From Candidatus Saccharimonadales bacterium (GTDB lineage Bacteria > Patescibacteriota > Saccharimonadia > Saccharimonadales > JAGPDM01), in assembly GCA_044227985.1 (NCBI GenBank), contig JBGAVT010000002.1:19452-83451 (forward strand): 64,000 nt of DNA, in the 5' to 3' direction. Shown one piece after another: positions 52,295 to 62,496 of the stretch. The number at the start of each line of letters is the position of its first letter. The first letter of the stretch is position 1. Under the pieces are notes generated by a model, which did not search any database, had not been told where the DNA came from, and was given only the letters and a program-made list of their open reading frames with translations. Both the position numbers and the translations under genes were made by a program.

Positions 52295-53705
52295 TACTCT
52301 TTCACGACAAATAGAAGAGTTCAAACCGATTAATCCGCCCCTAGTGAAAATGTATACTTGCGGTATTACCGTTTACAGCCATCCGCACATTGGGAATTGG
52401 TTTGCATATATTTATAGCGACATTTTGAACAGAGTTCTGATAGCTGATGGATTCACAGTCGAACGAACTCAGAACATTACCGATGTTGGGCATTTAATTA
52501 GTGACGATGATGACGGTGAAGATAAAATGGAAAAGGGCGCTAGGGCTGAAGGCCTAACCGCTTGGGACGTTGCCGATAAATATATTCGTATTTGTGACAG
52601 TGAAGCAAAATCATTAGATTTGCTCAGCCCAACTCACTTAGTTCGCGCGACCGACTTAATCAACGAACAAATCAAGATGATACAAGAACTTGAGCGAAAA
52701 GGTTTCACATATGTAATCAAAGATGGCGTGTACTTCAATACAGCCAAGCTTGATGACTATGGAAAGCTTGCGCGACTTGATATCAAAGGTCTTAAAGCAG
52801 GCGCACGCGTCGAAATTCGAAGCAAAAAATATCCAACCGATTTTGCCCTCTGGAAATTTAGTCCGAAAGATCAGAAACGAGATATGGAGTGGGAAAGTCC
52901 TTGGGGAATTGGATTTCCTGGCTGGCATTTAGAATGTTCTGTCATTGCACGCGAAACACTAGGTGATCAGATTGATATTCATACTGGCGGAATTGACCAT
53001 ATCCCTGTTCACCATACAAATGAAATAGCACAAACTGAAGCAGCTACTGGCAAGATTCCTATGAGTCGCTACTGGTTCCACAACAACCATATCAAGATTG
53101 ATGGTGGTAAAATGAGTAAATCACTTGGTAATATTTACACACTCGAAGATATACAATCACGAGGATATAGCTTGCAGGCTTTCAGGCTGATGGTTCTTAG
53201 CAGTCACTATAGAACTGAGGGGAATTTTACATGGGAGATAATGCAATCTGCACAAAACCGACTCAATGGATGGCTTGCCTCAGCTGATAATAGATGGCAA
53301 TTTTCTGATTCATCTGATGCTAATGCTACATTAAACTTCGAAGAACTAACAATTAAATTTGAAGCTCATTTGGACAATGACTTGAACACCCCACAGGCTT
53401 TAACGGTGATCGACCAAGCAATGACTAAAATTTTTGATAAACAAATATCAGAAAATGATTCTAAACAAATAACGGCATTTTTAAAGTTAATAAAAAGCTA
53501 TTTGGGACTTAATTTATCACATCCTGATATATCAGAGGAGCAAAGAAAAGTACTGCACAACAGACAAGAAGCACGTAAAAACCAAGATTGGGCTAGCTCA
53601 GATAGATTACGTAAGGAACTTTGGTCAATGAATATTGCCATAAAAGACACTGAAAACGGACAAAAATGGCACTGGAACAATAACGGACGAACATTAATTA
53701 ACTAA
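52281..53705 (+). CDS. cysS: cysteinyl-tRNA synthetase
   Basis: The start is moved to ATG 52281 (MKLFNTLSRQIEEFKP), preceded by AAGGAAG. YTCGITVYSHPHIGN (HIGH-type), WHLECS and KMSKSLGN are present. The track's upstream extension overlaps nrnA. Confidence 0.9.
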   Translation: MKLFNTLSRQIEEFKPINPPLVKMYTCGITVYSHPHIGNWFAYIYSDILNRVLIADGFTVERTQNITDVGHLISDDDDGEDKMEKGARAEGLTAWDVADKYIRICDSEAKSLDLLSPTHLVRATDLINEQIKMIQELERKGFTYVIKDGVYFNTAKLDDYGKLARLDIKGLKAGARVEIRSKKYPTDFALWKFSPKDQKRDMEWESPWGIGFPGWHLECSVIARETLGDQIDIHTGGIDHIPVHHTNEIAQTEAATGKIPMSRYWFHNNHIKIDGGKMSKSLGNIYTLEDIQSRGYSLQAFRLMVLSSHYRTEGNFTWEIMQSAQNRLNGWLASADNRWQFSDSSDANATLNFEELTIKFEAHLDNDLNTPQALTVIDQAMTKIFDKQISENDSKQITAFLKLIKSYLGLNLSHPDISEEQRKVLHNRQEARKNQDWASSDRLRKELWSMNIAIKDTENGQKWHWNNNGRTLIN

Positions 53706-54783
53706 CTTTTTTTGCTTCGTCGTTTTTACGCTTCTCGATAATATTATGGTAGATATAGTCTTTTACAAATATTTTGAGACACGCAGCAATAGGAATCGCT
53801 ACTATGGCACCGAGTAGGCCTGCTACATATACGCCAGCAAGGGCGGCAACCAAAATTAACAATGGAGAGATATCTACTGTCTTACTCTGTACAAACGGTT
53901 GAATGACGTTATTTTCAATTTGCTGATAGATGACAAAATATATCAGCATAATAACTGCAGCACTAACACTTGTAAGCAATGATCCACCCGCAGCAATCAC
54001 TGAACCAATCGTTGCGCCAATCATTGGAATGACATCAAATATACCTACAAATACAGCCAAAGGCAAAGCATATTCCACGCCAAGAATTGTCATGACAACA
54101 AATGAAGAAACCGCGGCGATAGTACCGATAAAGATCTGCCCATTTACGAACCCAGTAACAACATGATACATTTTTGCTGCCATTTTTTTATGATGACTAC
54201 GGTTATCTGGTGGAAATAGATCCCAGAATCGAGCAATCCAAGCAGGACCTTCAACTAACATGAAAAATGTAAGTACAATTACAGTTAGAACAACGGCTAC
54301 ATTAGTAAAGATAGAACCGATAAAAGATAGGATTGGCCCCCCAGATTTTGATAACTTGCTAGTTACCTCACCTTGGATTTCGTCAAGACTGTTAGTCAAT
54401 TTGTATTTTTTTATAATTCGAGAGATTTCATTATCGCCAGAAGATATATCTGCGATAAACCCTGGAGAATTATCAATGAATTGTTCGGTTTGATTAATAA
54501 GTGTAGGAACAAAACTGTACAGTAGGCTAGATATAACAATTAGAACGGTTACATAACTTATGGCAGTAGCAAGCGCTCGACTTTTCCCTGGGACTCTTTC
54601 ACTTAACCAATTAACGGGTGGACTGACTGCGATCGCCAAGAAAGCACTTGCAAACAGGATAATAATCGCACTCTTTGCTAGATACATCGAGTATAGAAGG
54701 GCACTAAAACCAAGGATAACGAGAATAATTCGAACAATGGTTCTACTTCGGATGTCTATAATGACTTTATTTTGATTCGGCAT
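53698..54783 (-). CDS. AI-2E family (PerM/YhhT-like) transporter
   Basis: 361 aa with about 8 TM helices. FVGIFDVIPMIGATIGSVIAAG is the family-typical block. Confidence 0.75.
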   Translation of the reverse strand: MPNQNKVIIDIRSRTIVRIILVILGFSALLYSMYLAKSAIIILFASAFLAIAVSPPVNWLSERVPGKSRALATAISYVTVLIVISSLLYSFVPTLINQTEQFIDNSPGFIADISSGDNEISRIIKKYKLTNSLDEIQGEVTSKLSKSGGPILSFIGSIFTNVAVVLTVIVLTFFMLVEGPAWIARFWDLFPPDNRSHHKKMAAKMYHVVTGFVNGQIFIGTIAAVSSFVVMTILGVEYALPLAVFVGIFDVIPMIGATIGSVIAAGGSLLTSVSAAVIMLIYFVIYQQIENNVIQPFVQSKTVDISPLLILVAALAGVYVAGLLGAIVAIPIAACLKIFVKDYIYHNIIEKRKNDEAKKVS

Positions 54784-54889
54784 TTATACTCTGATTATGA
54801 ACGGTAGAAGGCAATAAATCAAACATGATAGCGAGGCTTGTACTGGAACGGATATTTACTTTGGGAGCAGAGTTGATACAATTATTATT

Positions 54890-55204
54890 GTGAACAAAAC
54901 AATAATTTCTGGCGGCTTGGTTCATGAACTACCGGATGATTTAACAGAAGCGCTAACTAAGAACAACGAGATCACGAAACTCTGGGAGAATATATCCCAG
55001 ATTGCCCGTAATGAATTCATTTGCTGGGTCGAGGATGCTAAACAAGAAAAAACTCGTACTAGAAGAATTAAAAGAACAGTCGAAGAGCTGATAGATGGTC
55101 AAAAACGTCCTTGCTGCTGGGTCGGCTGTATTCATCGCACCGACAAAAAGCCAAGCAAGTGGCAACAAAATGTTTTGATTGATAAAAATCCGAAAAACAC
55201 CTAA
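54890..55204 (+). CDS. YdeI/OmdA-family small protein
   Basis: LPDDLTEALTKNNEITKLWENISQIARNEFICWVEDAKQEKTRTRRIKRTVEEL matches the YdeI C-terminal domain pattern. GTG start. Confidence 0.55.
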   Translation: MNKTIISGGLVHELPDDLTEALTKNNEITKLWENISQIARNEFICWVEDAKQEKTRTRRIKRTVEELIDGQKRPCCWVGCIHRTDKKPSKWQQNVLIDKNPKNT

Positions 55205-55231
55205 AGCAATTATTCCGAAAACTACAGGGTT

Positions 55232-56449
55232 CTAATCTTTATCGAGATCATCGAACTTATTTGCCATCGTTGGGTTGCCACGTATTAACTTTTTTACAGT
55301 TAATTCAGTAGCTTTATTATTGGCAATTCGTAGGTTGTCCTCTGAACGTATAAGGTTTTCTTTGGTTTTCTGTAGTTGGACGATTGATTTATCGATACTA
55401 TCGATCGCAGTTTTAAATTTATCAGAAGCTAATCGATAGTTTCGACCAAATGACTCACGAAAATCATCTAATTGGTGTTCAAAGTTAGTTACGTCGGTGT
55501 TCTGTGCTTTGACTAAAGCCAATTCTGATTTATATTTCATTGAATTAAGTGCCGCATTGCGGAGCAGAGTAATCATAGGGATGAAGAACTGAGGCCTGAT
55601 GATATATGTTTTTTCGTGCCTATGTGACATGTCAACAATGCCAGTATTATAAAGTTCGTTGTCAGATTCAAGAAGTGAAACCAACACAGCATATTCACAA
55701 GACTTTTGGTTGCGATCTTTATCTAGCTCCTTTAAGAAATCCTCATTCTTTTTTTTACTAGCAGTTTCATCGCCTTCGTTTTTCATTTCGAACATTATCG
55801 ATATAATCTCATTACCATTCTCGTCATCCTCTCTGTAGATATAATCACCCTTGCTACCTGAGCTGGCATCATTATCTTTTTCAAAATATGCATTCTGAAA
55901 GGCAGTAGCTCGAAGTCTGTTAAACTCAGTTTCGCAATGCTGCTCAAGTGTTTCACCAATCATCTTAGTGGATAATTTGGCTTTCATATCCTTGTAGTAT
56001 GCAATCATCTCATCTTTAGTTTTTAGTTCGTTTTCGTATCTATCTTTTAAACTAGATTCCAGTAATTTATTCTCAATATCTTTATTTTCGAGATTATTTG
56101 CCAGTGCGTCTCGTTCCCTCTCTAGGCTAGAAACAGCTTCGTTTAATGCTAGCTTTTTTTCTATTTCCGAAGCAGAAATTTTTGCTTCTAACTTAATTAT
56201 TTCATTGTCTTTTACTGACTTGAGCTCTGCGAATTTTGTTTGTATCTTCTCATAATCTACACGAAGCTCATTTTTAGTCTTTTCTTGGGCGAGTAGCACA
56301 GCGCTTACTTTATCTTTTTCAGCTAACGTTAGTCTTTCATGTAGTTCTTTCTCAAACTGGCCATCACGAACTTGTTTTAAGATCTCTGCAAATCCTGCTT
56401 CATCAACCTTGAATGCTTTTTTACAATGTGGACATAGTATTTCATTCAT
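55232..56449 (-). CDS. DUF2130-like protein (N-terminal zinc ribbon, long coiled coil, C-terminal nuclease-like domain)
   Basis: [29 protein letters not shown] is followed by about 150 aa of coiled coil. The C-terminal part then contains GDYIYRE...[10 protein letters not shown] (a D...E.K-like motif). Confidence 0.55.
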   Translation of the reverse strand: MNEILCPHCKKAFKVDEAGFAEILKQVRDGQFEKELHERLTLAEKDKVSAVLLAQEKTKNELRVDYEKIQTKFAELKSVKDNEIIKLEAKISASEIEKKLALNEAVSSLERERDALANNLENKDIENKLLESSLKDRYENELKTKDEMIAYYKDMKAKLSTKMIGETLEQHCETEFNRLRATAFQNAYFEKDNDASSGSKGDYIYREDDENGNEIISIMFEMKNEGDETASKKKNEDFLKELDKDRNQKSCEYAVLVSLLESDNELYNTGIVDMSHRHEKTYIIRPQFFIPMITLLRNAALNSMKYKSELALVKAQNTDVTNFEHQLDDFRESFGRNYRLASDKFKTAIDSIDKSIVQLQKTKENLIRSEDNLRIANNKATELTVKKLIRGNPTMANKFDDLDKD

Positions 56450-56635
56450 TCGTCATATTATACACGTTTGATGGTTTAGCGTTTATCTATCTGATTTCGA
56501 TAATTCCACCAAAAAATTATTTGTTTAATTTTTTTTCAATATAAAAGCAAATCCAAATATGTTTATACATCTTTTATTTAAATTGCATGCATAAACTTTG
56601 AAGCCTATACTTCCATATAAATAAAGTAAAGTATT

Positions 56636-57904
56636 ATGAGCACACGAAAAACATTCAACCCATTAAACTCTTTGCCGCTAGCAGATATTCTTTTTCTAAA
56701 GGACAAGCGAATTCCTCTATTTCTCGAGCTTGACCTAGTAAAGAGAACTGAACTAATTCGAAGAGTAACAAAAACAGTCAAAAAAGATATTCTTAATCGT
56801 ATACCTGAAAATGATCTTATTAAGATACTTGAAATGGTAGATCCAGACGAAGCAACCGATATGCTTCAGATGCTCCATAAAAACAAACGTGAAAAGGCTT
56901 TAGAAAACTTAGCAGATGAAATCAAATCATCACTTTCAACATTGCTTGAGTTCGACCCCAAAACCGCTGCAGGATTGATGACTCTCGATTATATCCAAAC
57001 TCAGCCGTCAGATTCAGTTGCTACTGTTGCTAAAAAATTTAGACAACATGAAAAACGAACCGGACGCTTACCTGTAATATTAGTGATGGATGGTAATACA
57101 CTTATAGGCTATCTACCAGGTCACGAACTAGGATTTGCAGATAAAACAGAGATGATACAAAAGTACGTAAAGCGCATGCCAACTATTTCATATGCAGCAG
57201 ATCATCAAACAGTTATCGACACATTCCATGCACACCCTCACGGGAAAATTGCGGTTTTAACAGATGACAAGCAAGTTGTAGGAATTATTTATTCAGATGA
57301 TGTTCTACAGTTAATTGAGAGTCAAAGTGGACAATCACTGTATGATTTTGCCGGCGTTAGTAATGAAGAGAATGTTACGGATGCCACAAGAAAAAAAGTT
57401 AAATTTCGCTATAAATGGCTCATTATTAATCTTGCTACCGCGTTCCTAGCGTCTTTCACGGTCGGCCAATTTGAGAATACAATTTCAAAATACGTACTTT
57501 TAGCAGTATATATGCCAATTGTTGCTGGAATGGGCGGAAATGCTGCTACACAAACTTTAGCGGTGCTGGTTCGAGGCATAGCCTTAAAACAAATATCTTT
57601 CAAAACTGCATGGCGAACTTTAAAAAATGAGGTTGGCGCAGGATTTATAAATGGCATAATTAATGGTTTTTTAGTAGCACTAGTTGTTATCATTAAAGAC
57701 CATGACTGGAAAATTGCAGTAATTCTGGCTTTATCTATGGTTATTAATCTAATTGTAGCTGCCATATTCGGCACATTAGTGCCGTTGATCATGTCAAAAC
57801 TTAGAAAAGACCCCGCTTCATCTGCTACTATCTTTATCACTACAGCTACTGATGTACTTGGATTCTTAACGTTTCTAGGGCTTGCAACGATTATTTTAGG
57901 TTAA
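56636..57904 (+). CDS. mgtE: magnesium transporter MgtE
   Basis: An N-domain, tandem CBS domains and a 5-TM C-terminal domain are present, with MPIVAGMGGNAATQTLAVLVRG and FITTATDVLGF. Confidence 0.9.
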   Translation: MSTRKTFNPLNSLPLADILFLKDKRIPLFLELDLVKRTELIRRVTKTVKKDILNRIPENDLIKILEMVDPDEATDMLQMLHKNKREKALENLADEIKSSLSTLLEFDPKTAAGLMTLDYIQTQPSDSVATVAKKFRQHEKRTGRLPVILVMDGNTLIGYLPGHELGFADKTEMIQKYVKRMPTISYAADHQTVIDTFHAHPHGKIAVLTDDKQVVGIIYSDDVLQLIESQSGQSLYDFAGVSNEENVTDATRKKVKFRYKWLIINLATAFLASFTVGQFENTISKYVLLAVYMPIVAGMGGNAATQTLAVLVRGIALKQISFKTAWRTLKNEVGAGFINGIINGFLVALVVIIKDHDWKIAVILALSMVINLIVAAIFGTLVPLIMSKLRKDPASSATIFITTATDVLGFLTFLGLATIILG

Positions 57905-58106
57905 ATATAACTTTAATGAATTCGTTTGTATTGTTTTAGAGGCTTTCTTTTTAATACATTAATTCATCATCCTTCTATTCGGCGGATTGTATGATTTAAA
58001 AATTTGTTTTGATAAAAAGCTCTACGGATCTTTTTGGCAATTATGAGCAAAATAACAAAGTTATTTCATTCTATTCTTTCGTAACCGAATATTATATGCT
58101 TATGCT

Positions 58107-58439
58107 ATGAAAAAACTTAATAAACACCTAGGCAAACGGCGTCATGTTCTAATTTCCGCCAGAAAAGCTAAGCCTCTTTTAGTTGATAGGCTAACATATG
58201 CGGCTGCAATAATAGAGCCGATTATTACTATACCTCAAGTTATCGTGATTTTTCGCGACCAAACGGCAGCTGGCGTATCATTATTTTCTTGGGTAGGGTA
58301 TCAACTTATGACATTGGTTTGGATCTGGTATGCAATCGTTCATAAGGATAGGCTAATATTGATATATCAAGGTTTATTCTTCATTGTGCAGACTGCAGTT
58401 ATAATAGGTGGCATCATTTACGGAGCGCAATGGTTGTAG
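58107..58439 (+). CDS. SemiSWEET / PQ-loop three-TM transporter candidate
   Basis: 110 aa with three TM helices. The PQ motif lies in TM1 (EPIITIPQVIVIFRDQTAAGVSLFSW). Confidence 0.6.
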   Translation: MKKLNKHLGKRRHVLISARKAKPLLVDRLTYAAAIIEPIITIPQVIVIFRDQTAAGVSLFSWVGYQLMTLVWIWYAIVHKDRLILIYQGLFFIVQTAVIIGGIIYGAQWL

Positions 58440-58683
58440 TTTGATACGCTTATAAAATTAAGCAGAGAGTTGATATTTTGTAAAGATTAGTATCATTTTA
58501 GAACACTTAGCTAAACTAGCTATTCATACAGCCCATAGACCTGTATGAACGCTTGATGTTAAACCATGACATCGTAACAGCTATACGCTTACTAGAAATT
58601 GTTAAAGCTTAAAGATTTAACAATTATCTGTACCTAATCAAGAAAACCCTGAATGTTCTAATTCAAAGTAGTGAAAAAATTAA

Positions 58684-58711
58684 AAAGCCATAGCAAATGC
58701 TATAGCTTTTT
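58684..58711 (-). terminator. bidirectional hairpin terminator downstream of tRNA-Gln
   Basis: AAAAAGCCATAGC-AAAT-GCTATAGCTTTTT is an imperfect stem flanked by A- and T-runs. It lies 3 nt from the tRNA 3' end. Confidence 0.5.
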
Positions 58712-58713
58712 AA

Positions 58714-58787
58714 TGGCTCCGAGACTAGGATTCGAACCTAAATTGCCAGGACCAGAACCTGGTGTCCTACCATTAGACGATCTCGGA
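58714..58787 (-). tRNA. tRNA-Gln (anticodon CUG), CCA encoded
   Basis: The reverse complement folds with acceptor TCCGAGA/TCTCGGA (U1-A72). Anticodon stem CCAGG/CCTGG with loop TTCTGGT. T arm TTAGG-TTCGAAT-CCTAG. Confidence 0.85.
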
Positions 58788-58857
58788 ACACTGTTTACAT
58801 TTTACAGAAAAATAATAGATTTAAAAGTGCAAAGACCGAATCAACGTAACGTTTGCT

Positions 58858-59337
58858 TCATAAGTGATCACCATTAAAATCAATAATTTTTACTGAATGT
58901 ATTTTTTTAAAATGGATTGTATCTAAGTCTTTTTCAATCGGTGGGTTGCTCGTTTGTATATATTTTTCTTTTTTAACCGAAATATCGGCATTTACCTCGA
59001 GCAGATGTCCGTAATTACTGTCGTCATTCAACGATTTTCCAATTTTCCTGGCCGCCTTTTCATATGAGCCCTCATCGACACATATCTTGCCATCTCTACT
59101 GTATTCGTCAGCGGCCGTACGCTCGTAGCTGTAATAGCTACAACCCCCACCAACGAGTCTCTTCACGTTAACTAATACTACCTGGCGATCACTAGCCGCA
59201 ATATTGTTGTGCTGAGTGGTGTGAGGTAGAAAATAGAATCCAACGCATCCTAGTAATAAAATAGTACTTGATATAACTGAAGTTACTAAAATTATTATTA
59301 TTTTTTTTCTTTTATTCATATTTCGATAAGTATTCAA
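58858..59337 (-). CDS. hypothetical N-terminally anchored protein
   Basis: 159 aa with a basic N-terminus and a TM helix (IIIILVTSVISSTILLLGCVGFYF). It lies downstream of pilB on the same strand. Confidence 0.45.
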   Translation of the reverse strand: MNTYRNMNKRKKIIIILVTSVISSTILLLGCVGFYFLPHTTQHNNIAASDRQVVLVNVKRLVGGGCSYYSYERTAADEYSRDGKICVDEGSYEKAARKIGKSLNDDSNYGHLLEVNADISVKKEKYIQTSNPPIEKDLDTIHFKKIHSVKIIDFNGDHL

Positions 59338-59404
59338 TTAAATCTAAGCATATCAAGGAATGTCAGTCTAGTCCAAAGAAGCTCGATGGCCAGAACAACG
59401 GTAG

Positions 59405-60988
59405 TCAGATAACTCGGAATATTTCTTCTAAAGTAGTCTCACCATCATAAGCTTTTTTAATACCATCCTGCAGCATTGTCTGCATTCCTTGTGAAATCGC
59501 TAGTTTCTTAATCGCTTGACTGGTTACTTCGGCTGTTGGCCCACCAAGTAGATGCTCGAGCTCATCTGTCATCTGCAGCTGTTCAATAAGCATCATTCGT
59601 CCGCTATAAGGAATTTTAATATCTTTTTTCGGTCGGACATATTTCATATTTTTTGGGTCATAAAGTGGATCTTTTAGGACCGAAAGTTCTTCAGTGACCA
59701 TTTCTTTAATCTTCGTGCTCGGCTGATAGTCTTCTACATTTTCAGGCGTTATCTTACGGACCAAACGTTGCGCCATGATTAATCGGATTGCTGAGGCGAG
59801 CAAGGGATTATGGCCAATCATATCCATCAAACGACTAATTGCACTGCTAGCATCGGTTGCATGAAAAGTCGACAGTACTAAGTGTCCGGTAAGAGCGGCC
59901 TGTAGTGCTGTTTTAGCAGTATCTAGATCGCGAATCTCACCCACCATGATTACATCTGGATCCTCCCGCATAACTGCGCGTAGCTTTTCTGCAAAACTGT
60001 CGTTATCGTCAGTATAAACCGGAACCTGAGTAATGCCAGGAATTTCGTATTCGACTGGATCTTCAAGAGTAATAATCTTACGGGTTGGGCTATTAAGTTT
60101 GTTTATAATTGAGTACAAGGTAGTACTTTTACCGGAGCCAGTCGGACCAACTACCATCAAAAGTCCATGCGGATGATCGACGATATCGTCGACGATCTCA
60201 TGCTCTTTGTCCGTGAACCCAAGACTATCTAGGTTGAGCAAGCTCATATCCATATTAAAGATACGAACAACGACATCTTGACCGTAAATCGTAGGAATCG
60301 TTTCAACGCGGAGGTTTATGGATTTAATATCACCGGCTTCATCCTGGAAGTCTTGGCTAGCTCGTCCAGACTGGGGAGAGCGAGCATTATTACTTATGCC
60401 AGATTTAGCAGCGATATCTGCCATTGCATGTCGATACTGCTCGTGATCCATCTCTGCAATCGGATGAAGAGTACCGTCGATTCGAAAACGAATTCGTACG
60501 TTGTATTTCTGTGGTTCAATGTGAATATCGCTAGAGCTAAGCATATAAGCCTGTTTTATTAAAAAATTAAATATACGACGTGGTTGCTGCTCGGATAGAG
60601 TACGACTCACTTCGTCATAACTCGCACTTTCACCACCATCAATCACTACTACGTTTGGGTCAGGTTTAACAGGTGGTGGATCAACTCGTTCCATAACTTC
60701 ATTGAACCCAGACCGACTAATAACCAAAAACTGAACCATATGATCTTTAATATTTTCACTAACTTTTTCGATTGTCGATTTTTGGGTCTCAATAGTGTGG
60801 GCAAACAACATGCGGGGACCATCTATTTTAATTGGAATTATTTTAAAGGCTCGCATCTGCTTAAAACTGAGGATGTTGCGTGGTATTTCGTCGACATTGA
60901 ATGTGCGAGCATCGGCATACTCAGAACCGAGCATCTCCGAACGCTGATTGGTCATTAATTCTTCTTGTTCTCGTGCATCCATTGCCAT
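59405..60988 (-). CDS. pilB: type II/IV secretion ATPase (PilB/GspE family)
   Basis: Walker A VVGPTGSGKSTTLYS, the Asp box ITLEDPVEY, Walker B VIMVGEIRD and the His box LVLSTFHA are present. Confidence 0.85.
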   Translation of the reverse strand: MAMDAREQEELMTNQRSEMLGSEYADARTFNVDEIPRNILSFKQMRAFKIIPIKIDGPRMLFAHTIETQKSTIEKVSENIKDHMVQFLVISRSGFNEVMERVDPPPVKPDPNVVVIDGGESASYDEVSRTLSEQQPRRIFNFLIKQAYMLSSSDIHIEPQKYNVRIRFRIDGTLHPIAEMDHEQYRHAMADIAAKSGISNNARSPQSGRASQDFQDEAGDIKSINLRVETIPTIYGQDVVVRIFNMDMSLLNLDSLGFTDKEHEIVDDIVDHPHGLLMVVGPTGSGKSTTLYSIINKLNSPTRKIITLEDPVEYEIPGITQVPVYTDDNDSFAEKLRAVMREDPDVIMVGEIRDLDTAKTALQAALTGHLVLSTFHATDASSAISRLMDMIGHNPLLASAIRLIMAQRLVRKITPENVEDYQPSTKIKEMVTEELSVLKDPLYDPKNMKYVRPKKDIKIPYSGRMMLIEQLQMTDELEHLLGGPTAEVTSQAIKKLAISQGMQTMLQDGIKKAYDGETTLEEIFRVI

Positions 60989-61025
60989 ACCAGCTATTTT
61001 AGCATGAGCGTGATAATTATTAGTA

Positions 61026-62102
61026 CTATTCCAAATCAGTTAGCAGGTACGCTTTATTCAACATCTCCTGATATTCATCTTCTACATTAGAATCCCAAAC
61101 AATCCCACTGCCCACACCAAGCTTGAGCTGATTACCTGTTTTTTCCAAGGTTCGAATTAGTATTGACGAATTTAAACTACCATCGGCAAGAATCTGAAAA
61201 GCACAACCAGTGTAGAAACCTCTGGGATTTGGCTCTAACTGTACAATGCTCTTGATTGCTTCTGATTTTGGGCATCCAGTGATTGAGCCTCCAGGAAAGC
61301 AGGATACAAGCGCTCGAATCGGAGAGATATTTTCTTTCAGTTTTCCCGATATTATTGAAGAGGTATGGGTTATCCTTTCTAGATGTTGTACCTTGCGATC
61401 ATTTTCAACGACAACAGTGCCCGCATCGCAGACTTCTGATAAATCATTGCGAAGGAGGTCAGTTATCATTGCTAGCTCAGCTTCTTCTTTTCGGCTTGCT
61501 AATAGCTCTGCATCAAAGCCAACGACTCTGGCCGTACCTTTTATCGGCTCTGTCTTGACTGTTCTATGTGCGTCTATACACAAAAACATTTCAGGACTTG
61601 CACTGATTATCTGTTGTTCACCCAGATCGAATAGGCATGTGTGCGCTCGTGGGAATTCATGTGCAATATAACTAAACCAATCCACAACACTATAGTTTGA
61701 CTCGGCAGTCACTCTATCTGTTAAATTAATCTGGTAAATCTGCCCCTTCTTGATGAGTCGAATAATTTCCGCAAAGCGATTATTAAATATTGCCTGATTT
61801 GGAAAGTTCAGATTGGAGACCGTCGGTTTATGTGAAATATATTTATTTTTTTTATCAGATTGAGCATAAGAAAAAACATTAATTTTCTTATACGATAAAT
61901 TCATGTTGACCACTGATCCCCAACTATTTGAGACATCGAAAGGTATAACCCCAGCAACAATATTTCCCTTGCTATGTTCTGTTTCCACGAAATCTATTAA
62001 ATAATCTTTGTTTAGCCCGATGTAGCTCGAAATAGGTTGCGAAAAATTACTACCATTCCATAAACCAGATTTGCCAGAAAAACTTACATCGCCTAAAGCC
62101 AT
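61026..62102 (-). CDS. pabB: chorismate-binding enzyme (aminodeoxychorismate synthase component I-like)
   Basis: FPGGSITGCPKSEAIKSIVQLEPNPRGFYTGCAF and GVGSGIVWDS match TrpE/PabB C-terminal blocks. At 358 aa it is short, which fits PabB better than TrpE. Confidence 0.65.
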   Translation of the reverse strand: MALGDVSFSGKSGLWNGSNFSQPISSYIGLNKDYLIDFVETEHSKGNIVAGVIPFDVSNSWGSVVNMNLSYKKINVFSYAQSDKKNKYISHKPTVSNLNFPNQAIFNNRFAEIIRLIKKGQIYQINLTDRVTAESNYSVVDWFSYIAHEFPRAHTCLFDLGEQQIISASPEMFLCIDAHRTVKTEPIKGTARVVGFDAELLASRKEEAELAMITDLLRNDLSEVCDAGTVVVENDRKVQHLERITHTSSIISGKLKENISPIRALVSCFPGGSITGCPKSEAIKSIVQLEPNPRGFYTGCAFQILADGSLNSSILIRTLEKTGNQLKLGVGSGIVWDSNVEDEYQEMLNKAYLLTDLE

Positions 62103-62256
62103 TCTAAAAGTATAGCAATATCATTTAATTAGCATACATAAAGCTACGATAAAAGTTTTTGAAATATAGATTTAGTAATTTTATAACTACGATACTATAT
62201 TTGTGATTAATTACTGTTAAGTGTATAGTTTCTCTAATAAAAGAAAAGGATGGAAT

Positions 62257-62496
62257 ATGAAGCGCATAGTATTATTAGCATTTGTTTTGATCGCATTATC
62301 GTTTAGTTTTGTGGCTGTAGTGCCTATGGGCGATACATCTGCTGCAAGTTGTGCTCGCGGAGTTAATAGGTTTGAGCAATACAAACAATCAACAGTCTAT
62401 AGAGATAAAAGAAATGTCGCAGTCCGTTGCGTGAGAAGAGTTTGGATTCAAGGTCGAATTAAATATATTTATGGCTCTTGGCAGTATTATAGATAG
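62257..62496 (+). CDS. small secreted basic two-Cys protein (79 aa precursor)
   Basis: The ATG at 62257 follows GGATGG. The signal peptide is MKRIVLLAFVLIALSFSFVAVVPMGDTSAAS. The mature part is rich in Arg, Lys and Tyr and has 2 Cys. Confidence 0.45.
   Translation: MKRIVLLAFVLIALSFSFVAVVPMGDTSAASCARGVNRFEQYKQSTVYRDKRNVAVRCVRRVWIQGRIKYIYGSWQYYR

Noticed and set aside
56450-56635. M-box (Mg2+) riboswitch upstream of mgtE.
   Set aside because: The 186-nt region is almost pure A/T with no extended G/C-containing helices of the M-box type. It is more likely only promoter and UTR.
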